Shown piece by piece: positions 13,021-29,482 of a stretch of DNA of 64,000 nucleotides. Below the pieces are notes generated by a model, which was not told the DNA's origin, made no database searches, and was given only the letters and a program-made list of their open reading frames with translations. Both the position numbers and the translations under genes were made by a program. The DNA comes from Chlorokybus atmophyticus (taxonomy: Eukaryota > Plantae > Mesostigma and Chlorokybus algae): positions 873,585-937,584 of the forward strand of contig RHPI01002503.1 in NCBI GenBank assembly GCA_009103225.1. The letters are read 5' to 3'. How positions within the stretch are numbered: position 1 is the stretch's first letter; every line of letters begins with the position of its first letter.

Positions 13021-14375
13021 TCACGCAAAGAACTTCACGCCCTCGTCGTCAGCGGTGGCGCCCTTGAACATGCGCGCCTTCCCGCGGTCCTGCAGGAACC
13101 GCAGCGCGCGAACCAACATCGCCCGGTCCATCCCGTGCAGCTCTGGTAGGAGAGAAAAGAGTGAGCGGAAGGACAGTAGAAGCCAACAACGAGACATAAT
13201 CTATGTGGTTACGTGCATATATGCAGTCAACATACCTGTGCCTATTGTGTCATCCCCTGATATCATCTCATCGAGCGTGACAACGCTGTCTGCCAGCGCA
13301 GAGTCTCGCACCTGCCATCGACACAGCATGCACAACTGTTAGAGCTGAGTTGTACCTATTGACAGTGCCTTTGGTCTGTGCGGTGTGGCAGTGAGAAGCC
13401 AGGTGGTTGAGTGTGCATGCGTACCCAGGTGTAGATGATGTTGGCCCACTCGTCCACAGTGCGCCAAAGCACCAAACACTTCCTCCTGCTCTTGTCGAGC
13501 CACTCTGCCCTCCCTAAAAACAAAAACCACAACATTCAGGCCTCACGTGCACACGCGACGCAACATTATCGCGCAACATCACGATCTGTCGTAGGGTCAA
13601 TTCACTCAACACACGTACAACACTGCCACCATACCTTCTGCCACCAACGCGTCCAGAAACTCCTGCCTTGCTTCGTTGCTCAGCTTTCCTGCAACGCAAG
13701 TGCGTTGGCACAGGAGAGAACAACCAAGCATGGGACTATGTTGCTGTCAAGTGAGCCCACGTGAAACCACCAGCATGCGCACACACAGCAACCAAACCGA
13801 ATGATAAAAGAAAGGGTAAAGCCGAAAATGAAAGTAAACATGAAGCACAGCCGAACATAGCAAAGCAAAGCAGTGCAGAGCAGAGAGTGCAGCAAAGTAG
13901 CAGAACAAGGCTAATGTTGGGCGTACTGTCAATTGAGTTGTTGGCAAAGAGCGGTGCGGCGTTGGTTGCTGCTTCGTCGTCTTCTATGTCTAGGACAAAC
14001 AGTCGCGCGTGTCGGCAGTATCGCAGAATGAGCTCCTTCCACAGCGCACGCTGCTTATCACGCGTTTCCCTCACAGGCTGCAAACTGCGTGAAGGTTGAG
14101 CAAGCATACTTTTCATCGCTATGTGTATTCATGTCGTGAGCTGTTGGCTTTTTTGTGCGCGAGACGCAATGCAATAGCTGAGCTGAGCTAAGCTGTGCTT
14201 TTCCACAAGTTCAGGAAGTAAAGCGTCTCCATGGCCTTACTACCGACTTAACACACTTGACGCTGTGTTCTGCTACTAGTACTACTCACGTGAAGTAGGG
14301 AGGGTAGTGGTAGAAGAAAGGGAAGGTGAAGCCACCGCTGCCTCCGCCGTCCGCCGCCGCCGCCGCTGCGCTCAT
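13021..14375 (-). CDS. VPS25: ESCRT-II subunit VPS25, 6 exons
   Basis: MSAAAAAADGGGSGGFTFPFFYHYPPYFT/LQPVRETRDKQRALWKELILRYC...GRAEWLDKSRRKCLVLWRTVDEWANIIYTW...ELHGMDRAMLVRALRFLQDRGKARMF...EGVKFFA*. Confidence 0.95.
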
Positions 14376-14552
14376 GCTACCTGCCAAAAGCCGGCTGCGG
14401 GTTGCAGCCTGAGTTGCGCAGTAAGCTTAGTTGAACAATCTGCGACCAAGTGTCGGGCACTTGCAGGATGGTAACCGTTGTGTCCGCTGGCCTTTAAACA
14501 CAGCGAGGTGATTGCAGCGCTCGTGTGTGGCATGACTGTGTTACTGCGGCTG

Positions 14553-14598
14553 TGTTGTTGTTGTGGTTGTTGTTGTTGTTGCTGTTGCTGTTGTTGTG
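14553..14598. repeat. (TTG/CTG)n trinucleotide tract
   Basis: gttgttgttgtggttgttgttgttgttgctgttgctgttgttg. Confidence 0.85.
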
Positions 14599-15335
14599 GG
14601 TGTTACTGGTGTTGTCGTCTGATGGTGGTGCCGTGATGCCGTGATCCACTTCGGGCACGTTCAGTATTGCCAGGTTTGCGTCGAGGTTTGCATGGGATGA
14701 TTGAGTCGTTACCCAAACAACGTACACGTGTTTGTGCTTGCACGCCAACACTTTGCTATGTACACTATTTGTTTTGTACTATGTACACGTGCCATTGCTG
14801 CTGCTGGCACGAATTCACAAATACGCTCTTCATCGGGTTTATTGCGACGCATGTGATTGTACCTCATGCACAAGCAGAAGCCACTACAGCACATGACGAT
14901 CCTTTTGTGCATGCTGTGCATACCCACAACAGGCTAACACTACCATCAGTATATCACGGCATCCAGGTAACCCACAAAGGGCTCGACATACAAGTAACAA
15001 TACATAATCACAAGACTCCGCACCAAGCGACACAGTCAGTTCTTTATTTGCAGCTTTTTGCTTCTGAGTCCCTGTGGAGACTCTTTCCCTCCATCTCCCA
15101 CTCCCACGCGAGTACAACCTACTCAAAACAAACAAAACTCAGCTACTACATGCTCTCCTGTTCGCCGCACACAGGCAACACAACGCCTGCTGGCAACCCC
15201 TACCCGACACAACACGCTCAATGTGAGCTGCATTGTGCCGATACCGCACAACTACATGCCTGCGTGCCTAAGCGCACAACACTGCACCAATTACAAACCA
15301 CAAAAACACCACATCAGACCATAGGTGGGCGTCTG

Positions 15336-16803
15336 TCATTCCCTGTCCATGATCTTGTCTATCGCCGCAGAGAAAGCCGCAAACCCGGCGCAACCCACCA
15401 GTGCTGTCTTCGGCCCGGCTGCCCATTAAGCAATTAACATGAGACAAGTTGTTGTGTCAAGCGACGCGCATGACAGAAGCTTTATGTCGCATGCATAACA
15501 GTGTCAACAAAACAGATTAACGTACATCTAACAGAGATGGCGCCGCCCGTGAAGCAGCCGGCGTACACGCTGTTCCAGATATCGTGCTTGGCGCGGGCCT
15601 GTGAATGTGGCAGTATGAATGCTGCAAGGGGGTTCATGTCAACATGTTGCTTGCTCGGCTTTGTAAATAACACATAGATAACACATAAAAAGACACGTGC
15701 ACGCACTCGCAAGACCCCAAAGCGCACGCAACTATGCGCGCATACGCGTGTGCACACACACGTGTGCGCGGGTGATACAAGAGTGTGCGGCTCCGACTTG
15801 ACAAACACAATGCACGCATGTTCTTAACTTCGATTGGGAGATGACTATGGACGCCACAATACATACACATGCACACACTGGCTGAACAACTGTGTGCACA
15901 TGCGCGTGCGCACGCATACGGGCACACACATGCGCACCTGTGAATGCGCTAATGCATGCACGCACGCGCAAGCATGGGTGTGCACACACGTAAGCACATG
16001 TTTGCCCGTGCGCGCGTGCATGCACATGCGCTGTACCTTCTCAATGACGCACTCGGATCCAGAGAACAGCGCGCCCATGACAGCGAAGGTCTTAGCCATA
16101 GTGTAAGACCGCGAGCCCATCTGCCTAAAATGACTTACAACCTGCAAGACAACACGTTCAAGATATCACTACTACCACAACAACAATGCGCGCACACACA
16201 TGTTGTTACCTTCTGCCTTGTTGTCATTCCAGTCTCATCAACCGGGACCGGATCGAAACCGGCGAATGCGATGCCCATCAACACGCCCATGCCCCCGCCT
16301 GGGCAGAGGCTTCAGTTTCACACAACCACACAACCCACATCTTACTTCAGAGCGAGTTGTTTGCATGTGTGGTTTGCAAGAGTGCAATGCGGTTATACTA
16401 CAAGAGTCTAAGTTGTGCCCTGCTCTTGTGCGTGCGTTGTCCGTTGCACACTCACCCATAACGGTGGAGAGTACCGTGCGCACGCCGCAGTTGTTCATCG
16501 TCTCTGCTTGCATCATGTCTTGGGGCGTAGGCAATGCGATCTGCGCAGAAGCAAAGCAAGCACATAAGTTCAATTGCCACACACAAGCTTGACACACACA
16601 TATAAAGCTTGTAACAGGTCTCTCATGAAGTACTTGCTTCACTGCTTGAAACGTTGCGCAGTGTCATGCAAGTCATTGAGAGTGAATGCATGTGTGCACA
16701 ATCAGTTAATTTTGATGCTGACCGGCTCAGCTTTTGGTATGGGAGGCGGCTTGGAAAAGTCGTCATTGTCGTCCTCCTCCTGGATAGCCGCCGCCTTGAC
16801 CAT
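15336..16803 (-). CDS. TIM22: Mitochondrial inner-membrane translocase TIM22 (Tim17/22/23 family), 6 exons
   Basis: MNNCGVRTVLSTVMG/GGMGVLMGIAF...KTFAVMGALFSGSECVIEK/ARAKHDIWNSVYAGCFTGGAIS...GPKTALVGCAGFAAFSAAIDKIMDRE*. Confidence 0.92.
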
Positions 16804-17588
16804 GGCAAGCAGGAGGAGGGGGGAGAGAAAGCTAGGAGCGAAGCACCTTAAAGCTTACTCAAAGCTTGCTGTTCAGCTGGTGCAACCTCAACACAGCTTT
16901 TGTCTGGTTGAACGTTGCTTATTCTGAATTCCTGCCAGCTGTTGAAATATCTATTGAAGAACTTCTTCTAGGTCCTACAGAGGCAGGAAATGCTTGTACC
17001 CACAGCTAGCATTGCCTCAAAGACGCACGCCGCTAAGGACGGAGTGGAGGAAAACAGCCAGCTGCACGATCATGCATGGGCAGCTCATTGAACTGAGATT
17101 GGGAATGGCAATGTAATGCAATGCAAGTATGCAAGCTGGCCAAGCAGCAGGAGTTTCTCAACCCAGCGCCACAAGCTGCTACTACCAGTGATAGCCTACC
17201 ACCACTACTCCCGAAACTGCTCTGCCTCGGACAACGTCTCCTTTCAACTCTTCTTTCTCACACACTTCAGACGCCCGTGAACCCAAGACCCTTCTGCCCT
17301 TCGCCGCCGCTCCGTCCTCCTCCGCCTCCGCCGCCGCCGCCGCCTGCGCTCTTCCCTAAGCTAGCGCTCTTCCCGAAGCTAGCCGCCGCAGTGCAATCCA
17401 TTGCTGACACTGCTGCCATTGCCATGGCTATAGTCATACAGAGCAGCCTCGGTACAACCATGTGTCGGGTTGAATGGAAGCCCAAGCAGGATCAAGAGAG
17501 CACAAGAGTATGTCCTCATCATTCACGTGAAGTATTTATTATTATTATTGTACCCTCGCGCGAGAGTGAGCCGCGTGGCAGTGTGCGG

Positions 17589-19386
17589 ATGGAGGCGGTG
17601 TGCGTGCCGACGCTGGCGGCGGCGGCGGATGAGGCGGACGACAAGCAGCTGCAGGGATTATCGGTTAGCAACGGCGGCGTGCTGGTTGTGGGCTTAAGAG
17701 AGGCGAAGGATGGTGTTCCTAATGGCCAGGCGGCGAGTGGTAAGAAGAGTGCTGCCGCCGCCGCCGCCGCCGCTGGTGTCAGTGGCCTGGACGCCCTCAC
17801 CTACGCCTTCGTCGTGGCCTGGTCCGCTCTGTGTTGTCTGCTCGTGCGGGCCAGGCCGGAGATGTGGCAGGTCGGAGCCTCCGCCGCATTCTTCGCCGCT
17901 ATATCAAAGGTACGTACGCATGCGCCTGATGAGTGTCTTATGTGTGGCGTCGAAGGTATGCATGAGCTCGCAATGTGTATGTGTGAGAAGTTGTGCACGT
18001 TCATATTCATTGTGTGTGCGGGAGTGATTGTGACGGGGAATGCTGTGTGTTGTGGTGGCACATGCTAAGCACCACTGCTTGTGCACACCAGATAGCATTG
18101 GTCATGCGAACACACAGTTGCTGAGTTTCTGTCTCTTGCTGTGGATATCTGTTTTCGCTTGCTTATGAAAGCATCCAACTTGTCGAGTCTATGCAGTGTA
18201 GAATGAAGTGAGCATCACAGTTTGTACGCATCATCGCGTTGATACGCTCTGCGTGGGTTGAGAGAATTTTTTTCTTCTCTGCATAGGCACAACAAGGAGC
18301 TTACAGACCAGATGTAAATGACACACACCCGCGCACGTATACTCAATATCACATTCACACACAACCAACACAATGTCTTGTGCAGGGTTCCGGCCTGGTT
18401 GGCGAGCGCCTACCCTGGCTCAAGCAGCTTGAGGACAGGAAGCAGCGCTTGTGGCACAACACATTCGTGTCTTACATCCACTCCATCCTCATCACCATCG
18501 GCTGTAAGTGCATCCCATTGTCCATTCGGTGTTGGGTGCTGGTAACTGGCATGAGATGTGCTCTGTCAAGGTTTGTGTGCAGACACGCGTGCACGTTGGC
18601 AGGTATATATGTATTGACGGTGGATTTCCATCGGTTGAACGACATGGTTTGGGGCCACAGCGCACGCGCTTACAGGTACAAGAGTGCATGCACGTCCACA
18701 ACACCCACCTGTTATACACCATCAACATAGTCATGGGTGACATAGTGTGTTACTGGTTCACCCTCCATCCTGTCACGACGATACACTGGTCCTGTCACAA
18801 CCACATCAGACTTGCCCATATCTGCCATTTGTTCAATGCTATACTCACTCTACTACTCACTCACTCAATGCCAACCCTCCTCTCCCTCAGTGTCGTGAGC
18901 GTCTCAGCCGGTTACTTCGCCTACGACACTTTCGACATGGTTTCCAAGCGTCTCTACAACCCTCGCAACCCCGGGATCCTCGCCCACCACGCCGTACTCC
19001 TTGTCTGCTTCACCACCGCTTTATACCGCGACTTCGCCCTATTCTACCTCCTGTTGACACTCGCATGTGAAGCCCACTCTGTATTCCTACACCAGAGGCG
19101 ACTGCTCCAACTATCTGGTTATAAGAATGCGAGAGTTAACAACCTCAATTGGAAGCTCAATTGGGTCACTTTTTGGGGGTTTAGGGCCGGGGTGCATGCG
19201 GTGCTGCCGGTGGTGTTGCTGAAGCAGAGGGAGTTGTTCCCGCATTGGGGGCTGTTTGGAATGGCGTTTGGGGGTATGATTGTGTTTAACTACATGAACT
19301 GGGAGCTGTGGAGGGACCTCAGGCGAGCGCGACGGAGGGAAATGAAGGGTGAGGGAAAGGGGAGGGAGGGAGAGCATGAGGATTGA
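17589..19386 (+). CDS. TLC (TRAM/LAG1/CLN8) domain membrane protein
   Basis: NTFVSYIHSI, SAGYFAYDTFD, ILAHH, LACEAHSVFLHQRRLL, LNWVTFWGFR, FNYMNWELWR are TLC hallmarks. The start codon is uncertain because the frame is open upstream to 17121. Confidence 0.85.
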
Positions 19387-19911
19387 TTGTTGGGTTTGGG
19401 ATGAAGTGTTTGTTGGTGACGGTGTTAGGTGTAGGTATGTGTATATATTTATTGATTTGACCGGTTGGCGGCATTGGCGCAGAGTCTTGGTTAGGTTGTA
19501 GAGTGTTGCTGTGTCAAGTGCCGCGCCAATAAGGGCTCGGGAGAACATTTTTCTCGACATTCTTGACCATTTATTGCATGTGTCATTAGCCAGATTTGTT
19601 GGACTTCTGATGAGTCTGTAGTGAGGTACATTGCATTGGTTGTACGCAGTGACTCTGTCATGTGCATTGGATGTGCGCGTGTCTGTGCTTGTGCGGGCGC
19701 GTGTGCGTATGCATAAATGCATGTTTTTGTGCATGATAGTCTCCGCATGCATACGTGTGGGTGTGCATGTCTGTCTGTTAAGCGGTGTGGACACTGCAGC
19801 CATTGAAATCTATGTACACTTGCATCGTTCGTGTGCTTTGCGAGGGAGCCCATGATGAACAACCCCACGATCACAAAACACGATCACCTCAAGACCCGAC
19901 AATCAGTGTCA

Positions 19912-20984
19912 TCAATCAAACATGAATATCCTCGAACCAATGTCCGACACTACCCAGTCAAAGCCCTCTAACAACCCCTCACCCGTGACCGCGCTGCAGC
20001 CCACGACGCAGTAGTGGCGACTGCCTTTCATGATGTTCAACTCAAGCACCTGTCATGTGGCACATGTAACGCGTCATATGAAATGCCATAGCAAATGAGA
20101 AGGGCTTTGTGTGCAACCTCACCTCTTCTATCTCCTTGGCTGTCAATGCGCCTGGTATGTCCTGCTTGTTGGCAAATATTAGCAGCGACGCCCCTGCGAG
20201 CCTCTGTGCATCGCACATCACGCACGTATATTACGCACCAGCACATCATTGCACATACGCGCACACTCGGGCACACACACGCGCACATGCACATGCTTGC
20301 ACAGCTATGCATGCACACGCAAGGAGACACACGCACATGCACACGTACGCACGCACCTCTTCCTTGAGAAGGCCGTGCAGCTCGTCGCGGGCGTCGCGCA
20401 TGCGGCGGGAGTCGCGTGCATCGACTACCCACAGCAGGCCGTCGGTGCCCTCAAAGTAGTTGCGCCAGTACGCACGCAGCGTGCGCTGGCCACCCACATC
20501 CCACACATTCAACAGATACCTGATTGGCAAGCACAACCCAACATATTACTACGCGGACACGCGCAGGCGCACGCGTATGCACACACTTGCTTACCCTTTG
20601 TACTCCATGGATTTGATATTGAAGCCTAGCGTGGGGCTGATGCCGCTGATGTCCTCGCCGTTGATACGCTTCACTATGGTCGTCTTGCCCGCATTGTCCA
20701 GGCCCCTGCTCGCATGCCATGAGTGATTGCACGACAAAACAACTGATGCACTACACATTGAATGCACGGACACATGACCCAGCAAACAATGCAATGAACC
20801 AGCAACAGTACGCGCATGTCTGATGAACGATCGGATCAGTCATCGTCCAACTGCATGCTGACTAATTTGCTGATGTGATATGAAGCTGTGAATGCAGTCA
20901 CAAAGCGCAGCAGTCTTACACCATGAGTATGCGCAGCTCCCGCTCCTTCTGCTTCACCTTCTTAATGATGGTGAGCAGCCCCAT
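19912..20984 (-). CDS. ARL2: ARF-like GTPase ARL2, 5 exons
   Basis: [106 protein letters not shown]. Confidence 0.97.
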
Positions 20985-21217
20985 GGCGAAACAGAGGCTA
21001 GGGGAGAGCTAGGAGGGCCTCGCCGCCTCCTCCGCCTCAGCATCCTACTCGCCTCAACCCCGGCGACATCCCGGACGCCTGGCCCGGCCTGGCCTCACCG
21101 CCCCTGTAGCCTGGCCTGGCTCGGCCTGCAAACTGTGGTCTAATCATTCGCCCTACTTTGATCAGGATCCACAAGGACAGCTGACAACCGGATCGGCCAA
21201 ATGGTTTTGGTTGTGCG

Positions 21218-21226
21218 AAACCCTAA
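21218..21226 (+). promoter_or_regulatory. Telo-box AAACCCTAA in the ARL2/DDX41 divergent promoter
   Basis: Exact 9-mer, 131 bp upstream of the DDX41 ATG. Confidence 0.7.
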
Positions 21227-21356
21227 CCTTAGCCCTGGCGATGTCCCCCGCGGCCTAAGCGGCGGTGAGGTTATTGTTGTCGGCGGCGGCGGTGAGAGAA
21301 GGTGGGAGAAGCAGTAAAGGAAGGGACGCCAGGAGGCGTGTGCTTTCGGGCTTATC

Positions 21357-24456
<3,100 letters not shown>

Positions 24457-24892
24457 TATTTGCACTGGTATGGCATACTTGTTCGTAACCGCGATGGTGC
24501 CAAATGATGGGGACATTGTAGCATTGTTTGTAGCATGCTTGCCTCGCCACTAGTGAAGTAGATCTGTAAAATGTAGTTGCTTACGCACATCCCGGCAGGG
24601 TAAGGAGTGTTGCTTATTTGTCACATTGTGCGCGGGCATGTTGCGAGCACTTCTTGCTTCACATCTAGGTGATGTTTTCGGTTTGTTTTTGTTTCACAAT
24701 GTAGTCTTGCGTGCCTCACCAACTGGTGCAATTGGAGTATCACTGCATGTGAGACTGTATTGTGCCAGCGCTTGCAACAGCTTATGCAGCACTTTCAAAC
24801 AGGTTAGTCTTGTAGAACACAGCTCAAGTGCAAACATGGGGTTGAGTGTCATCTTATGTGCTGTGGACATTATGTATTGTTACCCACTGTAC

Positions 24893-24998
24893 AGAATATG
24901 CTGCCAGTAGTTGTAGACATGCATGACATCACTCAAAGCATGCCAAACAACATGCAATCACATTGTAACACAACCACCGGGCTATTCACACTGTTTGT
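24893..24998 (+). repeat. Dispersed repeat copy, partner of 40679-40787 (-)
   Basis: Hand alignment: about 10 mismatches and one 3-nt indel over about 108 nt. Confidence 0.9.
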
Positions 24999-25305
24999 GT
25001 GCAAATGTATGTTAAGGTACGACCGCCGCTTGCTTAGCACGCACTATACTGCATGGCGTTCTTGATACACACCGGCATAGCAGCACACCCCTTTTGTACA
25101 ATATGTTATCAGTCAGCATGTATGATCTAGCACCAAGTACATTTAACAGTGCAGTGTTCGCACTTCGACGAACAAGAGCTATGCAACGAATGGTCATTGC
25201 AACAACTACTACTTGCTAACCTGACAGCCTCTGTTTGTTATTGGCATTGACAACCTATCCTACGCCACCACTACAATCGAAAGAATGTGAATCCCCATTC
25301 CGCCT

Positions 25306-26646
25306 TCAGCTAAACAACTTCTCTTCAGGAACCACCTCGAATTGGGCGGGCAGCTTGGCGAGCGTGTCCGTGGGGAGGCGCAGGAACGTGTTGAGGAATA
25401 CATCGTCGACGGTGGGCACGCGCGCCACGCCAACGAGGGTGCATCGGCCGTCACCATCCATGCGGCTCCCCACGCCGGACCGCATCTGCCCCGTGGCCGA
25501 CTCAGTGGTCAGGTTAGTCACCACCTTCAAGGGAGGGGCTGCGTAAAGAGAACCGATGCTGAAAAGGAAGTCGGCGATGAACTCCAGGTTGACCTGTGTG
25601 TGACACGCATAGAGGTTGGTACAGGGCTGGTACAGTTGCATGTGGGCACTACCACACACAGGTACATACACATACACACGCATGTACATGCTCATGCAAT
25701 CTGACATGCCCGCACACACGCATGCAAGCGCGCATACACATGTGCATGCGCATAGCAACAAGCACATACACGTAGCAGCAACACACACATAGCGATTACT
25801 GATCAACAGCACATGCAACTGTACGTGTTGACAAGATGTTGGTTTCAAAATACAAGCGGTCCAAGGCTCATACACACAGTTCCTCACCTCTCCCGTGTCG
25901 CGTTGTAGGAATCCCTTTAGGCTCTTTGGCTCCACCTTGATCTTGATAAAAGGGGGCAGAGGCACGCCGAGGAACCACGCCGTGCCGTATGACACTGTCG
26001 GGATGTTGATGTCCTCGAACGTGACGGCCAACTTCTCACCCTCCAAGTGCGTCACCTGTCAGAGGACATGCTTACACTCTGAAGAAACATGTGCTTTAGC
26101 ACCTGGATAGCGCACATATATATGGCTAAACTGCACAATTATTAAAGAATGTGCTCAGGTGTTCATGTATGCGTGCATGCATGCACGTGCAAGCGTGTAA
26201 AGGACAAGTAGAGTGGCTTGCAGAATGGCGACGCAATTGAAGGATCTCCAATGGCGTGTCCAACACTTGGGAACCAAAAGGGCTTGTACGTACCTTGCCT
26301 TTGCCTCTGCCAGAAGAAGCGTCGTAATTGAAATCCGGGTATATCGACACGCCCAGCACGCTATTGCTACCTGTCGACATCCGCACCTGCACTCACCCAT
26401 TCATCTCTCAACCAACAACTCAGTTCTTTTAGTATAGTAATCACTGAAGCACTCAATTGATACAAGGTTCAACACCCAGTCTGGGCCTGTGGTTGAGGTG
26501 GGAAGCAAGTCTGGCGCACTGACCTGGGCTCCAGGGGCGGCGGCGACAGGGTTGAAGCGCCTATTACTCCGGGTGTTCTCGGACGAGGGCGTCGCTGTGG
26601 TGGACGGTGGCGCCGGTGGCGCCACGTGGCACGTCACCGCCGCCAT
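25306..26646 (-). CDS. Conserved protein of unknown function (plant/cyanobacterial type) with probable plastid transit peptide, 4 exons
   Basis: S/T/A/R-rich N-terminus, then YPDFNYDASSGRGKG, FLGVPLPPFIKIKVEP, VNLEFIADFLFSIGSLYAAPPLKV, GRCTLVGVARVPTVDDVFLNTFLRLPT. I recall this family but cannot name it. GT-AG phases are consistent. Confidence 0.8.
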
Positions 26647-27239
26647 GCTGGCCTGACTACCGCCTGGGGAATTTTCCCGTGTGCGGCATGACTCCTGCCA
26701 CAGCAGCAGCAAGGTTCACTCTGGATCATTCAGGTTCACATGGGTTCGCTACAGATCAGCACTGTCCCGCGATCAGTGATCTCCGAGGCCGCAGTGCAAC
26801 AGTCTAACGTTAGGTCGCCTTTCCTTCTTGGAACAAGCCACACAACGTGTCTGACGCGTGTTTCTGCCATCTACACGTAACATAACGTGTTGGTGGTAGA
26901 AACTAACTCACAGGAGTTGGCAACGCGGTGGTGACGGCGGCGGCGGAGGAGGAGGAGGTGGAGGAGGAGGAGACGGCGGTGGAGGGAGAGCAGCACCTGA
27001 AGACGGGCCGTCCCGCACACTACAGCCTGTGCTCAAACGTTTTCCTCTGCACTGCACGCTCTCCAAGCTCGCTAGCCTGAATTGGAGCGGCTTACGCTTG
27101 CGAACGTCTGCGAGCCGTGCCCTTGGATTGGGGCTTGCTGTTGGGGCAGCCCAGGAGGAGGTAGGCCTGAAGTCTGGTTTAGGCTGCAGAGACAGCCAGT
27201 TGGGGCCTGCTGCGGGTTGCGTGGTTCAGCCTGGGGGGC

Positions 27240-28951
27240 ATGACGGATCAGGCTGTCCTGCTGCTGAGAAAGCAGCTCAAAGGTATGCTCTGTCAACTGG
27301 GAAGGGTTTGTATTCTTGTGCGATGTGTGCGCAGTGCTGCAGCTTTGTTGCGGCTTTTCAAAGCTGTAGTTGAAAGGTAGTCAAAGAAGCTTGTACAGTT
27401 TTAGCTCAACCTAATTAAGGGCCCTTGCTGCAATTCGGCGCAGCAGATCAGCATGGTGCAAGCATGTTTTGCTGTGTGCCTTGTATAGAGGAAGCGGTAG
27501 GGCAAGGGCCTGCATGCCAGCAACGAGTGTGATCAAGTGTGATACAGCTCTCTTTTCTGTCAAGCGCCAGTCTGAACGCCGCTGCGCACCCTTGTGTTGC
27601 ATAGGCTACAGTTTCCCAAGTTGAGACTTTGAACCAAAGCAGATATAGCTGTGTCCGAAGTTGTGGAATTACGTCCTCTGCATGCGTGTGCCCTGAGCAT
27701 GCAATGTGAGCACGTAGTGTTCGTAGCTGCTGTAGATTATCACGTGCATGGTCGCTGCACCAACTAGCATGGTCCAGTGTGCTACCTATGCGTAGCAGCA
27801 TAGCCGGCTGTGATTAGCGTTGGTCTCAGGGCTGATATTACCTGTTGCATCAATGTTACTCGCGTATACACCCACTGGACTCTTGCACGCTTACCTGCTT
27901 ACTAGTTTGCGCATTCCTTATCGGATCAGTGTCGTTATCGCTATCATCGGACACACTGTTGCATAGTGCAACAGCTTGTGCTAGTTGTACCGGCCCATAG
28001 TGGGTCGTATGTTTCTGATTGTAGAGTTTGCCTGATTCTGCAGAGTTGACACGAAATCCTGTGGATGGCTTCTCTGCGGGTCTCGTTGACGACTCCAACG
28101 TGTTTGAATGGGCGGTCACAATCATGGGGCCACCGGACACACTTTATGAAGGAGGCTTCTTCAACGCTGTGATGAACTTCCCTCCAGACTACCCGCAGAA
28201 GCCGCCTACCGTGCGATTCACCTCAGAAATGTGGCACCCAAACGGTATGTTGCTTACAGAGAAAGTGGCAACCACCAGTCGTCAATGTCATTGTGGCTTA
28301 GGGGTCAACTTGTTTTGTCATGTAGTGTACCCGGATGGAAGGGTGTGCATCTCCATCTTGCATTCTCCTGGGGAAGACCCGCATGGATACGAGCTGGCCA
28401 GCGAGCGCTGGTCACCAGTCCACACGGTATGTCAACTGGCATGCAGTGTTGATGGAATGCTCTGCTGGTTTTGATTGGCAGATGGATAGTGGTTTGTTGT
28501 TGGTTGTCTGCATTTGCTTGCGTCAGGTGTTGCTTCTTCTGCCACAACTCAGTGTGTTGGTGACATGATGCCTGCTGACACAAGTCTTCTGCATGGCAGG
28601 TTGAGTCCATCATCCTGAGCATTATATCAATGCTGTCGAGCCCCAACGACGAGTCGCCCGCAAACATTGATGCTGCAGTGAGTAACATATCGTTTATATC
28701 TATCATATGACCATATTGTGGAGTCATGTTGCAGACCTTGTTTATGCGGCATGGTTGGCCGTTATTCCTGCACGTTTGTGTGTGGTGCATGCTTTGCATG
28801 TTGGACAATAGCACAACACCCACGTGACTTGCGTGTTTCGTTGGTGTACTGACATGTAGCTCATATGCAGAAGGAATGGCGAGAGCATCAAGCAGACTTC
28901 AAGAAAAAAGTCAGTCGCATAGTAAGGAAGTCACAGGAAAACTTCATGTGA
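27240..28951 (+). CDS. UBC7: E2 ubiquitin-conjugating enzyme, UBC7/UBE2G1 class, 5 exons
   Basis: LLLRKQLK/ELTRNPVDGFSAGLVDDSNVFEW...HPN/VYPDGRVCISILH (catalytic Cys) plus the acidic-loop insertion SPGEDPHGYELASERW. Confidence 0.96.
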
Positions 28952-29141
28952 TGTGCGCGCAACAGTTTGACCCTGCAAGAAAACAGCCCGTGTATCAAAA
29001 GACATTGCAAAACTTACTCGCAAACATGTGGAAGCACGTGGTCTGATGGAGAGCACAGCACAGAATACTGTTGTATTTGTCATTATTAAGCTGTGCGGAT
29101 TCCAGCAGCGCAGTCAGCACAAGGTCCCCCCCCTCCCCCCC

Positions 29142-29482
29142 NNNNNNNNNNNNNNNNNNNNNNNNNNNNNNNNNNNNNNNNNNNNNNNNNNNNNNNNNNN
29201 NNNNNNNNNNNNNNNNNNNNNNNNNNNNNNNNNNNNNNNNNNNNNNNNNNNNNNNNNNNNNNNNNNNNNNNNNNNNNNNNNNNNNNNNNNNNNNNNNNNN
29301 NNNNNNNNNNNNNNNNNNNNNNNNNNNNNNNNNNNNNNNNNNNNNNNNNNNNNNNNNNNNNNNNNNNNNNNNNNNNNNNNNNNNNNNNNNNNNNNNNNNN
29401 NNNNNNNNNNNNNNNNNNNNNNNNNNNNNNNNNNNNNNNNNNNNNNNNNNNNNNNNNNNNNNNNNNNNNNNNNNNNNNNNNN
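29142..29482. other. Assembly gap (N), preceded by a C-rich run
   Basis: Direct reading. Confidence 1.

Noticed and set aside
14667-15437. 256-aa + strand ORF between VPS25 and TIM22
   Set aside because: H/T/C/Q-rich composition typical of CA-rich non-coding DNA, no motifs, and it overlaps the TIM22 3' end.
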